Shown here: positions 28,555-37,802 of the stretch, one piece after another
Layout: every line of letters begins with the position of its first letter
Position numbering within the stretch: position 1 is the first letter of the stretch
Source: a virus
Virus record (IMG/VR): IMGVR_UViG_3300006153_000339
Span: 2,836-66,835 of that record
Direction: 5' to 3' (one strand)
Length of the DNA: 64,000 nucleotides
Program-made: the position numbers and the translations under genes
The notes under the pieces: model-generated
Databases searched by the model: none
What the model was told of the DNA's origin: nothing
The model's input: only the letters and a program-made list of their open reading frames with translations

Positions 28555-29355
28555 TTACCACCGTCCCAACCCTTTCTCCTCCCCCGGCACCGGGAACCGC
28601 CGCTTCGTCATCACCCGCCCGAAGCAGGTCAGCGTCTGCCCGCCCGTGCGGGTGAGCAGTTTATCGGCATCCGCCCGATCCCGGTTCAGGCTGAAGAGGT
28701 AGGTCATGCCCATCATCTTGTCAAAGTGATACTGCTTGATAAAACTGTCGCCGTCCAGACAGAAGACCCCAATGTCTCCATCCGCAAGCGGGGTCTTGTC
28801 GCAAAACGCGATGGACCCATCCGGGAAGTGGGGCTCCATGGAGTCCCCCTGGACCCTGATGGCAAAGACCGCCCCCTGGGGGTCCTCCGGCGTCAAGGTG
28901 TAGTAATCGAAGTCGGACCCAAAAATGGGGGAAGCATACCCGGCGGCCGCAGGGGCCCAGTAGAGCGGGATGATCTTCGGCTCCTCCTCGGCTGGCGGGG
29001 CCGTCTCCTCCAGGAAGCGGGATTCGTCCTCGCAGCGCTCCTTCTCGTCAGCAATAACAGACCGGACGACCTGCCGGCCCCAACGGTCCAGGCTCCAGTA
29101 ATCCTTTGCTACCCTCATAGCCTCGTCCGGTAGGGACGGGGATTTTTCTTTTCCATAATAATTGAGCAAATAAGCCGGAGAAATCTCCAGGACCTCACAG
29201 AGTTTTATTATTTTATTTGCGTTTGGCTTGCTTACATTCTGCTCCCAGTTACTTATAACTCCAGCAGATTTTTCACCAACCATTTTGGCGAGCTCGGATT
29301 GCAAAAGCCCCTTGCTTTCCCTGGATGCTTTTATTCTTTCACCGATAGTAGACAC
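28555..29355 (-). CDS. CI-like repressor (HTH + S24 peptidase)
   Basis: N-terminal HTH, AAAG cleavage site, GDSMEP, FIK. Confidence 0.92.
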   Translation of the reverse strand: MSTIGERIKASRESKGLLQSELAKMVGEKSAGVISNWEQNVSKPNANKIIKLCEVLEISPAYLLNYYGKEKSPSLPDEAMRVAKDYWSLDRWGRQVVRSVIADEKERCEDESRFLEETAPPAEEEPKIIPLYWAPAAAGYASPIFGSDFDYYTLTPEDPQGAVFAIRVQGDSMEPHFPDGSIAFCDKTPLADGDIGVFCLDGDSFIKQYHFDKMMGMTYLFSLNRDRADADKLLTRTGGQTLTCFGRVMTKRRFPVPGEEKGLGRW

Positions 29356-29380
29356 TATTTCACCCCCTGTCTTGTTTTTC

Positions 29381-29493
29381 AGTATATAGCATGAAATCTA
29401 AATCGTCAAGATAAAATCCAAGAAATTTTGATTTTAGTATTGACAGTCAAAATAATTTGGTTTATTATTGACTCACACCAAGAAAATTGGATT
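29381..29493. promoter_or_regulatory. cI/cro switch: divergent promoters and operators
   Basis: Minus TTGACG-17-TATACT (29409-29381); plus TTGACA-17-TATTAT (29440-29468); repeated (AAT)CCAA-N5-TTGG(ATT)-like sites. Confidence 0.82.
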
Positions 29494-29514
29494 AAGGCAG
29501 AAAGGAGGTCCACT

Positions 29515-29745
29515 ATGAATGTAGAGCCGGCTGTCCGCAATATCGTCAAGAGCCGCGGACTTCGCCAGATCTGGGTCGTAGAGCGAATGAATCGCGTCGA
29601 TCCTACTCTGAAAATGAGCAAAGCGAAGTTTAGCGCCATTGTATGCGGTGGAAGGCGGATGACAGCAGACGAACTGATTGCTTTTTGTGTGGCAACTGAA
29701 ACCAATCCAAATTATTTCAGAGATGTGGCCAGGGACACGGCGTAG
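29515..29745 (+). CDS. Cro-like HTH protein
   Basis: Divergent from cI, AAAGGAGG RBS, G.R.MTADEL. Confidence 0.78.
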   Translation: MNVEPAVRNIVKSRGLRQIWVVERMNRVDPTLKMSKAKFSAIVCGGRRMTADELIAFCVATETNPNYFRDVARDTA

Positions 29746-29761
29746 AGAGGAGGAAGACGGA

Positions 29762-29938
29762 GTGATCTGCAAAACTTGCGGGCATAAAATTAGGAAACAG
29801 GCCAATTTCTGCCGAAGGTGTGGTGTCAAGCTGCGAGCAGTTTGTAACTGCTGGATAAAAAAAGAGCCATATAGCTGCGGGCAGGACAAATGCCCAAGCT
29901 ATAAGCTCTTTCGATTGGAAAAGCAATCACAGACCTAA
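29762..29938 (+). CDS. Zinc-ribbon small protein
   Basis: CKTC..ANFCRRCG. Confidence 0.65.
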   Translation: MICKTCGHKIRKQANFCRRCGVKLRAVCNCWIKKEPYSCGQDKCPSYKLFRLEKQSQT

Positions 29939-30397
29939 TTGTTTCTTAGCGAGTTCGCATCCAAAATCAATGGCGAACTGCCGCAGCCCATCAGCTGTGA
30001 ACTTTCCGGCCGCTGCCAGGGCCTTCTTGAAACGAGCTACTGCAATCTGTGTTTTCGGCGTTTCCGTGATGATGTCGGGTAAAGTATCAACGACCTTTCC
30101 CTGGAGTTCAGCATCTAACTCTCCATCTTCCTCGATCAGCATTGCGGCAGCTTCGATTGCTGATAGTGTCCATGGGTAAGGTTTCCCACAGTTCCTACAA
30201 TATGCCGCACGTTTGTATTTAGGGGCTGGAACCAAGACTCCGGGAGGAAAATGCCACTCTTTTATCAACGATTGGCAAGATGGGCATTTGTCCAGCATTT
30301 CTGCGCCGCATACCTCACAGTATTCGTGTCCGGTGATTCGGTCACCGAAAACCAGCGAATGTCCATTTGTGCAAATATGCGCATAGTAATCCATCAT
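29927..30397 (-). CDS. DUF2321-like protein
   Basis: ICTNGH, C..CG...CP.C, YC.NCG.PYPWT. Confidence 0.8.
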   Translation of the reverse strand: MMDYYAHICTNGHSLVFGDRITGHEYCEVCGAEMLDKCPSCQSLIKEWHFPPGVLVPAPKYKRAAYCRNCGKPYPWTLSAIEAAAMLIEEDGELDAELQGKVVDTLPDIITETPKTQIAVARFKKALAAAGKFTADGLRQFAIDFGCELAKKQLGL

Positions 30398-30602
30398 AAG
30401 GCAGCCCTCGTTTCTGTATGTATTGAGCAAGTGCAAGTTGCTCTAATTGATACAATTATACAGAAAAGCGGGAAGCAAGTAAAGAATTTCTGTGTAAACA
30501 ATCTATGAACAGGAAGTTAGAACACCTCCTTTCGCCTTCTAGCATATCACGGAGCAGTTGGAGGCGCAAGGCAGAGATTCGGCACAGGAAGGGGGTAAGG
30601 AT

Positions 30603-30896
30603 ATGACTGAAAGTCAAAAAGACAAATTTTTCAAATTGCTGGATGCCTGCACCAGAGAGATCGTACCGGCAATCAGGGTAACAACGCCGCCCGATTTCCC
30701 TCCGGGGGCCGAAAAGGCCATGCGTTTTTTACTGGAAAAGCACATGGAACACAGCGGCGTATCCATGGAAATCTTCTTTGTCCCCCGAGGCAGCGAACTG
30801 GAGACAAGCTGCTCCCAGGAGATCACTGGGAAGCTGGCGAAAGGACTTGGGCTCCACTTGGACCAGCTCCTGGAAGCAGCCCAGGACACGGCGTAG
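30603..30896 (+). CDS. Hypothetical protein
   Basis: RBS; ends QDTA. Confidence 0.6.
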   Translation: MTESQKDKFFKLLDACTREIVPAIRVTTPPDFPPGAEKAMRFLLEKHMEHSGVSMEIFFVPRGSELETSCSQEITGKLAKGLGLHLDQLLEAAQDTA

Positions 30897-30911
30897 GAAG
30901 GGGATGAACGC

Positions 30912-31112
30912 ATGTCCGAAGGTACAAAAACCTACTACGTTATCCAGTCCAAAAAATTCGACTGGGAAACGAAGTGGACCACATGGGAGAACCGGCGCTT
31001 CTCCACTCTGGCGGAAGCTCAGGCCTTTTTCGCCACCCTGCCCATCAAGAGCAACTACCGCATTGCCCAAGCCTACACAGTCACCCGCTACAAACCGGTC
31101 AAATCCGAATAG
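30912..31112 (+). CDS. Hypothetical protein
   Basis: RBS, host-like codon usage. Confidence 0.7.
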   Translation: MSEGTKTYYVIQSKKFDWETKWTTWENRRFSTLAEAQAFFATLPIKSNYRIAQAYTVTRYKPVKSE

Positions 31113-31188
31113 GAGGCAATACCAGCACGGTCCCCAGCGGTCCGTGCGCCGGCAAGCCCGCCCACCGGCGGCAGAAAGGCAGAGTCCT

Positions 31189-31341
31189 ATGAGCAAAAAG
31201 ATGATGGAGTATCTCCAGGAGCTGGAAGGTGCGGGCCCGCGGATGAAGGAGCTGATCCTGGCCCAGGCGGCCCGTGACAGCGCTCTCGACTGGCGGGAAG
31301 TCAGGGAGCTGGCCCGCCGGGCCTACCCGGAACCCGCGTGA
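31189..31341 (+). CDS. Hypothetical protein (50 aa)
   Basis: GAAAGG RBS, host-like codon usage. Confidence 0.6.
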   Translation: MSKKMMEYLQELEGAGPRMKELILAQAARDSALDWREVRELARRAYPEPA

Positions 31342-31343
31342 AC

Positions 31344-31383
31344 AAAAGGGCCCCGTCAGATGCCGCAAACACCTGACAGGGCA
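31344..31383 (+). repeat. 40-bp direct repeat/hairpin, copy 1
   Basis: 38/40 identical to 33056-33095. Confidence 0.9.
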
Positions 31384-31395
31384 CAGAGAACCGAA

Positions 31396-31773
31396 TCACA
31401 CTTGGATTTTAGAAATCAGCGCATCCTGCAAGACTTTTGAAAAATTCAATCCCATTGCTACAGCTCGGTCATTCAGCCAAGAGGGAATCGTCAGGGTCTT
31501 CTTCACCGCTTTTGTCTCCTTGTACTGGTCGATTGTACAGGATACAAGGGATACAAAGCCGTCCTCCGAACGGCAGGTAGAAATATCAGAAGGCGCGGCC
31601 AGCGGACGCCCCTGCTCCAGCAATGTGAGAAGATAAGCAGACAATGCTTCCTGAGCAGCTTCCATAGTCTCCGGGATCGAATCTCCATAGGTGTGGCACC
31701 CCTCCAGGTCGGGGAACTCCACCCAGTATGAGCCCTCTTCGCGGTGGAAAATAGCAGGATATACGAACAGCAT
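31396..31773 (-). CDS. hicB: HicB antitoxin
   Basis: YPAIF..YWVEFPDLEGC.T.G, VKKTLTIPSWLN. Confidence 0.93.
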   Translation of the reverse strand: MLFVYPAIFHREEGSYWVEFPDLEGCHTYGDSIPETMEAAQEALSAYLLTLLEQGRPLAAPSDISTCRSEDGFVSLVSCTIDQYKETKAVKKTLTIPSWLNDRAVAMGLNFSKVLQDALISKIQV

Positions 31774-31809
31774 AATAAAACCTCCCTGTATTCCCAAGGA
31801 GAGGGGGGC

Positions 31810-31986
31810 CTATTTCAGCCCCGTCTCCCTTAGGATTTGATTGAGTAAGCCAGTCGGAACATCTCTCCCATGAATGGGAACTACAGTAGTTTTCCCGTCC
31901 TTTTGAAGAACATGGTGGCTACCATTGATTCTGACCACTGCCCATCCGCTTTTCTTCAAAAGTTTCAGCAGGTCTTTGTCTTTCAT
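31810..31986 (-). CDS. hicA: HicA toxin (58 aa)
   Basis: Manual translation MKDKDLLKLLKKSGW..VRINGSHH...VPIHGRDVPTGLL. Confidence 0.92.
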   Translation of the reverse strand: MKDKDLLKLLKKSGWAVVRINGSHHVLQKDGKTTVVPIHGRDVPTGLLNQILRETGLK

Positions 31987-32007
31987 GTCCTCCCTCCTTA
32001 CAAATGC

Positions 32008-32036
32008 ATTATAGCACGTGTTACACGTGTTGTCAA
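32008..32036 (-). promoter_or_regulatory. hicAB promoter/operator
   Basis: TTGACA-17-TATAAT with two CACGTG palindromes in the spacer. Confidence 0.9.
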
Positions 32037-32064
32037 GAGGGGATTTAAATTAAGGGGGTAAATC

Positions 32065-32256
32065 ATGCGCGAGAACCTGAAGAATGCCCGCAAGGCAGCG
32101 GGGCTGACGCAGCAGCAGGTGGCAGTCAGGTTAGGCATGAGCTTAATCGGATATGGCCAGATTGAGCGCGGCGAACGGATCGGCAGAATCGAAACCTGGG
32201 ACAAGCTGGAGGATCTATTCGGCATTCACCAGCGGAAATTGCGGGAGAACCCCTAG
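32065..32256 (+). CDS. Small XRE HTH protein
   Basis: LKNARKAAGLTQQQVA...IERGER. Confidence 0.85.
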   Translation: MRENLKNARKAAGLTQQQVAVRLGMSLIGYGQIERGERIGRIETWDKLEDLFGIHQRKLRENP

Positions 32257-32732
32257 TCCACCCCGGTTTCGCCCCTCGCCTCTTTTGACCAGAGGTAGTT
32301 GGCATAATTCAACGCCTCCTGCCTGCTTTCAGCTGGCAGTTGCTCAAACAGCTGGAGAAGTGTAGCCGCCCCCTCTATGTGTTTCCCGTCTCTCTGAAAT
32401 GCCTGGAAGCACTCGTCAACAATACTGCGCGCATCCTCTATAGATAGTCCGTATTCTGCGCTTATACGGTTTGAAAGCAATTCCCTATCTGCCTTTAGGT
32501 CAAACGACATCTCAAACTCCGCAGATGTGGGAAACCCCATAAGCTCCAGTACATGCACATTCAATGCGTCCGCAAGGCTTTGCAGCTGCTCAGCGCGGGG
32601 AACCCGCGCCCCTCGTTCATACTGGCCAACAGTAACTGTAGCTATGCCGCATTTCTTTGCGAGTTGTTCCTGCGTTAAGCCGGCAGCTTTTCTCGCAGCT
32701 TTTATATTCAGACCGTAGCCCATTAATATCAC
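32253..32732 (-). CDS. XRE HTH repressor
   Basis: IKAARKAAGLTQEQLA...YERGARVP. Confidence 0.85.
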   Translation of the reverse strand: MILMGYGLNIKAARKAAGLTQEQLAKKCGIATVTVGQYERGARVPRAEQLQSLADALNVHVLELMGFPTSAEFEMSFDLKADRELLSNRISAEYGLSIEDARSIVDECFQAFQRDGKHIEGAATLLQLFEQLPAESRQEALNYANYLWSKEARGETGVD

Positions 32733-32763
32733 CTCTTCGCAAGTTTAGCACATCCCTTAAAAA

Positions 32764-32834
32764 TATTCAATACGAATAGTAAAATTCGCTTGACTTATTC
32801 GTTTTGAAATGGTAATATCTATTCAAATCGAATA
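32764..32834 (+). promoter_or_regulatory. Second switch: promoter with TATTC-N5-GAATA operators
   Basis: TTGACT-17-TAATAT (32790-32818); operators at 32764, 32796 (degenerate) and 32820. Confidence 0.75.
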
Positions 32835-32851
32835 GAAAGGAGGGCAAATCC

Positions 32852-33088
32852 ATGGCAGACACTGAACGGAGCAGGACTATCTACCAAGCACTGACCGATG
32901 AACCGCCCATCTGCATCAACTGCGCGTACTTTACCCAGCACTACCTGGCGGCAAATGAGGAGCGGACGCAGTTTGTCCCCTGCAACCTGGGGCACTGCTC
33001 CAACACCATCGTCAAGGTAAAAAAGGCCTACAGCACCTGCAAAAATTTCAAAATCAAAAGAGCCCTGTCAGATGCCGCAAACACCTGA
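32852..33088 (+). CDS. Cys-rich small protein, paralogue of 25680-25892
   Basis: PICINCAYFTQHYL...FVPCNLGHC...TCKNF. Confidence 0.8.
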   Translation: MADTERSRTIYQALTDEPPICINCAYFTQHYLAANEERTQFVPCNLGHCSNTIVKVKKAYSTCKNFKIKRALSDAANT

Positions 33089-33095
33089 CAGGGCA
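33056..33095 (+). repeat. 40-bp direct repeat/hairpin, copy 2
   Basis: GCCCTGTCAG-ATGCCGCAAACAC-CTGACAGGGC. Confidence 0.9.
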
Positions 33096-33173
33096 AGCGA
33101 GACCAAAACATACCAAAAATCAGCCTCTGTCTCCATTATAGCTGGTACTGAGGCAAAAAGCAAGGAGGAACCT

Positions 33174-33368
33174 ATGGGAAAGGTAAACTATTTGATCTCG
33201 GAGGACATCCGGCAGAAGACCATTGACGCCCTGCGGCAGTATAAGTCCCGTCTGGAAGCCGAGGCGGCGGCCCTGGCCCGTTTCCCCGCCGCCCAGGCTC
33301 TCACAGAGGAGCGGCTGGATATGGCGGATGCCGTCGGGGAGCTGCTGTTATTTTACATCAACCTGTAA
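33174..33368 (+). CDS. Hypothetical protein
   Basis: AAGGAGG RBS. Confidence 0.7.
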   Translation: MGKVNYLISEDIRQKTIDALRQYKSRLEAEAAALARFPAAQALTEERLDMADAVGELLLFYINL

Positions 33369-33384
33369 AGAAGGAGGTACCGCT

Positions 33385-33594
33385 ATGGCAAGAGTCAATC
33401 AGTATACCTTCACCATTGAGCAGCCGCCCAGCGCAGATACAGTGGAGCGTATGGCCTGCTTTCTGGCAAATACATTGGCAAAATATAAGAACATCACCGT
33501 AGCCGGGACCTTTCGCACTTTGTCTCAGGAGGAGATCGGCAAGCTCCCCCTGGTGAACCCCGCCGCCCTGATCCGGCAGAAGGAGGCGTCATGA
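33385..33594 (+). CDS. Hypothetical protein
   Basis: AAGGAGG RBS, ATGA coupling. Confidence 0.7.
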   Translation: MARVNQYTFTIEQPPSADTVERMACFLANTLAKYKNITVAGTFRTLSQEEIGKLPLVNPAALIRQKEAS

Positions 33595-34175
33595 GTACAT
33601 ACGAACTGACCAAGCGCTTGTCTCTCCGCCACCGGGCAATCCGCTGGCGGGAGGCCGCCCTGGGTCTGTTCGCCCTGTCTGTCTCAGTCAACCTGTGCAC
33701 CTGCGGGGCCCGCGAGCTGGACCGCCAGGCGTGGGCGGCTCAGGAGGCCCGGTATCAGGCCCAGCTCCATCAGGCGGAGCAGGTGCGTGACCAGGCGGTG
33801 CGGGAGCTGGGCGCCATGGCCCTCAGTGCAGCCAATGAGCAGGCGGCGCGGGCGGAACAGGCGGCGGCCTACGAGGCCCTGGGAGCCTGGGAGTACATCG
33901 GCGAGTGTACCGTCACCGCCTACTGCCCCTGCGAGTCGTGCTGCGGGCGCTGGGCGGACGGCGTAACCGCCACCGGTCTCCCGGCGGGGCCGGGGGTTGT
34001 GGCGGTGGACGAATCCGTTATTCCACTGGGCAGCACGGTCATCATCGACGGCCAGAAGTATCTTGCCGCAGACACCGGGGTGCAGGGGCTGCATGTGGAC
34101 GTATGCTGCTCCAGCCACCAGGAGGCAGAGGCCTTCGGAGCGCGGGAGCTGGCGGTGTGGGTGGTGGAGCCGTGA
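33591..34175 (+). CDS. 3D-domain (MltA-like) protein with N-terminal TM/coiled coil
   Basis: TAYCPC..CCG..ADG.TATG, AVD..VIPLGS, A.DTG, .D. Confidence 0.88.
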   Translation: MSTYELTKRLSLRHRAIRWREAALGLFALSVSVNLCTCGARELDRQAWAAQEARYQAQLHQAEQVRDQAVRELGAMALSAANEQAARAEQAAAYEALGAWEYIGECTVTAYCPCESCCGRWADGVTATGLPAGPGVVAVDESVIPLGSTVIIDGQKYLAADTGVQGLHVDVCCSSHQEAEAFGARELAVWVVEP

Positions 34176-34187
34176 AGGAGGATCTGT

Positions 34188-34382
34188 ATGGGTAGGAGAA
34201 ATCCGTGCAGCGGGTGCTGGTACTACCGCGGAACGAACCTGCATAGCCGGACGTGCGACTACTTTCTGATTACGGGTCATCGCCGGCCGTGCCCTTCGGG
34301 GGCCGGATGCACGGTGCGAGTTTTCAGGAAGTGCATGAAGTCTCAGGAGGAGAGGCAAGGAGGAAAAGCATGCGATACATAA
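34188..34382 (+). CDS. Cys-rich hypothetical protein
   Basis: C.GC.Y...CDY..ITG..R.C...C. Confidence 0.65.
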   Translation: MGRRNPCSGCWYYRGTNLHSRTCDYFLITGHRRPCPSGAGCTVRVFRKCMKSQEERQGGKACDT

Positions 34383-34555
34383 AGCATCGCAGCACCTTTA
34401 CCCGCATGACGGATGAGCGCTATTCTGACATTGCCTGCGCCATCTGCGGGTGGGGCATCCGCCAGGACGATCCCGTCGCCATGGACCGGAATGACGAGAT
34501 TTGCCACGCCGCGTGCGTGGAGAAGGAGGAACAAACGTGGAACAGAACGGGGTAA
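34370..34555 (+). CDS. Zn-binding hypothetical protein
   Basis: CAICG...H..C. Confidence 0.6.
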   Translation: MRYIKHRSTFTRMTDERYSDIACAICGWGIRQDDPVAMDRNDEICHAACVEKEEQTWNRTG

Positions 34556-34755
34556 TCCGCTACCAGCGGGCGACAGTGGACCTCTATTTCCCGGAGGGAC
34601 ATGTCTGCTGTGACCTCTGCCTGCTGCTGGAGACCTACGCGCGAAAGCAGTGCCGGAGGACCGGAGAGTACATCTTTGACAGCAGGGCAACGGGGCTGAA
34701 CTGCCCACTGCATTTCGTGGAAGGGAGGGATGACCTATCGGGATTCCTGTGCTGA
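34537..34755 (+). CDS. Cys-rich hypothetical protein
   Basis: C..C...CRRTGE...CPL. Confidence 0.65.
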   Translation: MEQNGVIRYQRATVDLYFPEGHVCCDLCLLLETYARKQCRRTGEYIFDSRATGLNCPLHFVEGRDDLSGFLC

Positions 34756-35372
34756 TCCTGGGCGAATCCGGTTCGGGGAAATCGACGTCCCTGCGCAATT
34801 TTGAGCCCGGAGAGATCGGCGTATTCAATGTGGCCAGCAAACCGCTGCCCTTCCGAAAGCAGTTGCCAACAGCCAATGGCGCTACATACGAGACCATCTT
34901 GCGCTCTCTGTCTGCGCCAAAGCTGCGCACTTACGCTATAGACGACAGCCAATACCTTTTGGCCTTCGAGTTCTTTGACCGGGCCATGGAAAAGGGATAT
35001 GACAAGTTCACGCAGCTGGCGTTGAACTTCAAAAACCTGATACAGTTCGTGATTTCCAACACGCCGCCGGACTGTATCGTCTATTTTCTCCACCACACGG
35101 AGACGGCGGACGATGGAACGGTGAAAGCAAAGACCATCGGGAAGATGCTCAACGAAAAGCTGACCGTAGAAGGGCTGTTCTCCATCGTGCTGCTGTGCCG
35201 GTCCGGGAAGGACAGGCACTACTTCCAGACCCAGTCCGGCGGCATCAGCACCGCCAAGAGCCCGATGGATATGTTCCCGGCAGAGATGGATAACGACCTG
35301 AAGCTTGTGGACAGCGCCATCAGAGAATACTGGGGCCTTGTGCCCGGCGAAAGCAAGGAGGACGCACAATGA
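34737..35372 (+). CDS. AAA ATPase, Sak4-like recombinase
   Basis: GESGSGKS Walker A, IDDSQYL, KTIGKML. Confidence 0.85.
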   Translation: MGIPVLILGESGSGKSTSLRNFEPGEIGVFNVASKPLPFRKQLPTANGATYETILRSLSAPKLRTYAIDDSQYLLAFEFFDRAMEKGYDKFTQLALNFKNLIQFVISNTPPDCIVYFLHHTETADDGTVKAKTIGKMLNEKLTVEGLFSIVLLCRSGKDRHYFQTQSGGISTAKSPMDMFPAEMDNDLKLVDSAIREYWGLVPGESKEDAQ

Positions 35373-35956
35373 GACACGACGTAGATTGGAGCACCGTCAC
35401 GGCAAGACAGCCGGGCGATTTCAACGACCCGGTTCCCGGCGGTTACGCCGCCGTCATATTGCAAGTGGAGGACAAGGAGGACAAGCAGTACCTGGAGATC
35501 CAGTGGGACTTTCCCACCGGTCCGTATCAGGGGGCGAATCAGGAGACCTTTTCCCGCGCCGGATTCTGGCCAATCACCCTGCGCAGCTCCTATAAGGACA
35601 GCGCCCTGTGCTTTTTCAAGGGCTTTATGACCGCGCTAGAGGAGTCAAATCCCGGCTACCGCTTTGACGATCACAATGTCCAGGGTCTGGTTGGGAAGCG
35701 CATGGGCGTAGTGCTGGGGGAGGAGGAGTACCAGAAGCGCAGCGGAGAGATAGGAACGAGGCTCTATGTCTTCCAGGTCCGCTCCCTGGACGCCATCCGG
35801 GCGGGGGACTTCAAGGTCCCGGATCTGAAGTGTTTGGATAGGAAGAGACCATCTGGAAAAACCGAATCCGCCTATTCTTCTCCGCAGGTGCAGCCCAACG
35901 GAAGCTGGTACGGTTTTTCTCCCGTGAATGGCGTAGATGGCGATCTGCCCTTCTAA
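35369..35956 (+). CDS. Single-stranded DNA-binding protein (putative)
   Basis: Follows the Sak4-like gene; PGGY...I; acidic DGDLPF tail. Confidence 0.75.
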   Translation: MRHDVDWSTVTARQPGDFNDPVPGGYAAVILQVEDKEDKQYLEIQWDFPTGPYQGANQETFSRAGFWPITLRSSYKDSALCFFKGFMTALEESNPGYRFDDHNVQGLVGKRMGVVLGEEEYQKRSGEIGTRLYVFQVRSLDAIRAGDFKVPDLKCLDRKRPSGKTESAYSSPQVQPNGSWYGFSPVNGVDGDLPF

Positions 35957-35970
35957 AAGGAGCCGTAGCT

Positions 35971-36867
35971 ATGGCGAGACCGGCACGGAAAGGGCTTGAT
36001 TACTTTCCAATGGATGTCGGGTTTCTGCGGGATAAAAAGGTAAGACTCCTCAGGACGGAGTATGGTGCGTCCAGTGTGTTATTCGTGCTGTACGTGTTGT
36101 GCAAGGTCTATGAAGGAGATGGATACTTCCTCAAGTGGGATAAGGACGAAGCGCTGATTGCCGCCGATGAGCTCCGGGAAAGTCCCACGTACATAAGCGA
36201 GGTACTGCACGGGTGTCTGTCACGTTCGCTTTTTGATGAGCGGGTTTTTCAGATGTTCGGCGTACTAACAAGCGCGGGTATCCAGCGTCGCTACCTTCGC
36301 TCATGCGAAAAGCGCGACGACATAGAGATTTTTTCCGAATACTGGCTTTTGAATGTCGACGAAAAAAAAGACGTTCCTGCCTGTATTCGCGCGAAGCTTA
36401 CCTTTTTTGAGGTTTCCGGGGGAAAAAACCCCGTTAATTCCCCCGGAAACCCCGTTAATTCCCCCGGAAACCCAGAAAGTAAAGTAAAGGAAAGTAAAGT
36501 AAAGGAAAGTAGAGTAAAGAAGATGACTAACGCGGGGCACAGCCCCGCTGTCGCCGCCGTCTTCACCGCCTACTTTGAAAAAATTGGAAATCAGATGACG
36601 GAGCGCATCCGGGATGAGCTCATTTCCTTTTTGGCGGTCATGGGACCAGACTGCTGTATCCGGGCGATGGATGAGGCGGTGGAGGCTAACGCGTTGAGCT
36701 GGCGGTATGTGCGCGGTATCCTGAAAAAGAAGCAGGCGGAAGGCGTGCGGTCCCTGGCAGACTGGGACGCGCTGGAGGAGAGGAGGATGGAGACTGGGGA
36801 CAGGAGACCGGCGGGGACCGGGAACCCGTTTCTGGCCATGCTGGAGAAGATGGAGGAGCAGGAATGA
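35971..36867 (+). CDS. Replication initiator (DUF4373 N-terminus, DnaD-like C-terminus)
   Basis: MARP.RKGLDYFP.D, LTS.GIQ.RY, SWRYV.GIL. Confidence 0.88.
   Translation: MARPARKGLDYFPMDVGFLRDKKVRLLRTEYGASSVLFVLYVLCKVYEGDGYFLKWDKDEALIAADELRESPTYISEVLHGCLSRSLFDERVFQMFGVLTSAGIQRRYLRSCEKRDDIEIFSEYWLLNVDEKKDVPACIRAKLTFFEVSGGKNPVNSPGNPVNSPGNPESKVKESKVKESRVKKMTNAGHSPAVAAVFTAYFEKIGNQMTERIRDELISFLAVMGPDCCIRAMDEAVEANALSWRYVRGILKKKQAEGVRSLADWDALEERRMETGDRRPAGTGNPFLAMLEKMEEQE
36426..36517 (+). repeat. Iteron-like repeats, probable phage origin
   Basis: 2x AAACCCCGTTAATTCCCCCGG followed by GAAAGTAAAGTAAAG repeats. Confidence 0.75.
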
Positions 36868-37415
36868 ACCTGAAAGAGACAGCGAAAATCATGGCTGTCA
36901 TCAAGAGTGAATACCCAAGTTTTGGCGGCAGGGACCTGACGGACGCAGACTACGACCGGAAAACAGCCCTGTGGCGGGAGATGTTCGCGGATGACAGCTA
37001 CGACCTGGTGTCGGCGGCACTCAAGTGCTTTATCGCTGAGGACATCAAGGGGTTCGCACCGTCTATCGGGCAAATAAAGGGCATTATGGTTCGCCTGACT
37101 GATGCTGGCGACATGGACGAGGACCGGGCATGGGAGCTGCTGCGCCGGGCCGCATCCCGCAGCGGCTACGGGGCTCAGGAGGAGTACGACAGCCTGCCTG
37201 AGGAGTTGCGGCGCATGTGCTCGCCTGGTCAGCTCTACGAATGGTCCCAGATGGATTCTGACGTGTTCAACAGCGTCATAGGTAGCCATTTTCGAAAAAG
37301 CTACCGCGCCCGGAAGGATAGCCTTCGCCTGGATACTCTTCTCCCAACAGATGTCAAGCGCTTCATTGCCGGAGCGGCAAAGCGCGTGGCGCTAAAGGAC
37401 GGGTGTGAACCGTGA
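36864..37415 (+). CDS. Helicase loader/inhibitor (G39P-like)
   Basis: E..KIMAVI...YP, W..MF.D..Y, FAPSIGQI. Confidence 0.78.
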   Translation: MNLKETAKIMAVIKSEYPSFGGRDLTDADYDRKTALWREMFADDSYDLVSAALKCFIAEDIKGFAPSIGQIKGIMVRLTDAGDMDEDRAWELLRRAASRSGYGAQEEYDSLPEELRRMCSPGQLYEWSQMDSDVFNSVIGSHFRKSYRARKDSLRLDTLLPTDVKRFIAGAAKRVALKDGCEP

Positions 37416-37780
37416 AGCTGATCATCCCAGGCCCTCTCCCCGGCCTGAACGAGTACATCGAGGCAGAGCGCTCTCACCGGCAGAAGGGTGCTTCTATCAA
37501 GCGGCAAGCACAGCAAATTGTGGAGTTGTGCGCAAAGACGCAGCTGCGCAGATTCCGGCCAAGCGGCCCGGTGTTTATGGCTTACACCTGGTATGAACGT
37601 GACCGCCGCCGCGACAAGGACAACATATCGTCCTTCGGGCGGAAGGTGATTCAGGACGGACTTGTAAAGGCCGGCGTGCTGAAGAACGACGGGTGGGCGC
37701 ATATAAGCGGATTTTCGGATGAGTTCCAGGTGGATGCGAAGCGGCCGCGCGTTGAGATCGAGATAACTGAGATGACATAA
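37412..37780 (+). CDS. rusA: RusA-like Holliday junction resolvase
   Basis: RRDKDN...K.IQDGLV.AG.L.ND. Confidence 0.82.
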   Translation: MKLIIPGPLPGLNEYIEAERSHRQKGASIKRQAQQIVELCAKTQLRRFRPSGPVFMAYTWYERDRRRDKDNISSFGRKVIQDGLVKAGVLKNDGWAHISGFSDEFQVDAKRPRVEIEITEMT

Positions 37781-37802
37781 AATTACGAATGGAGGAACCC
37801 CA

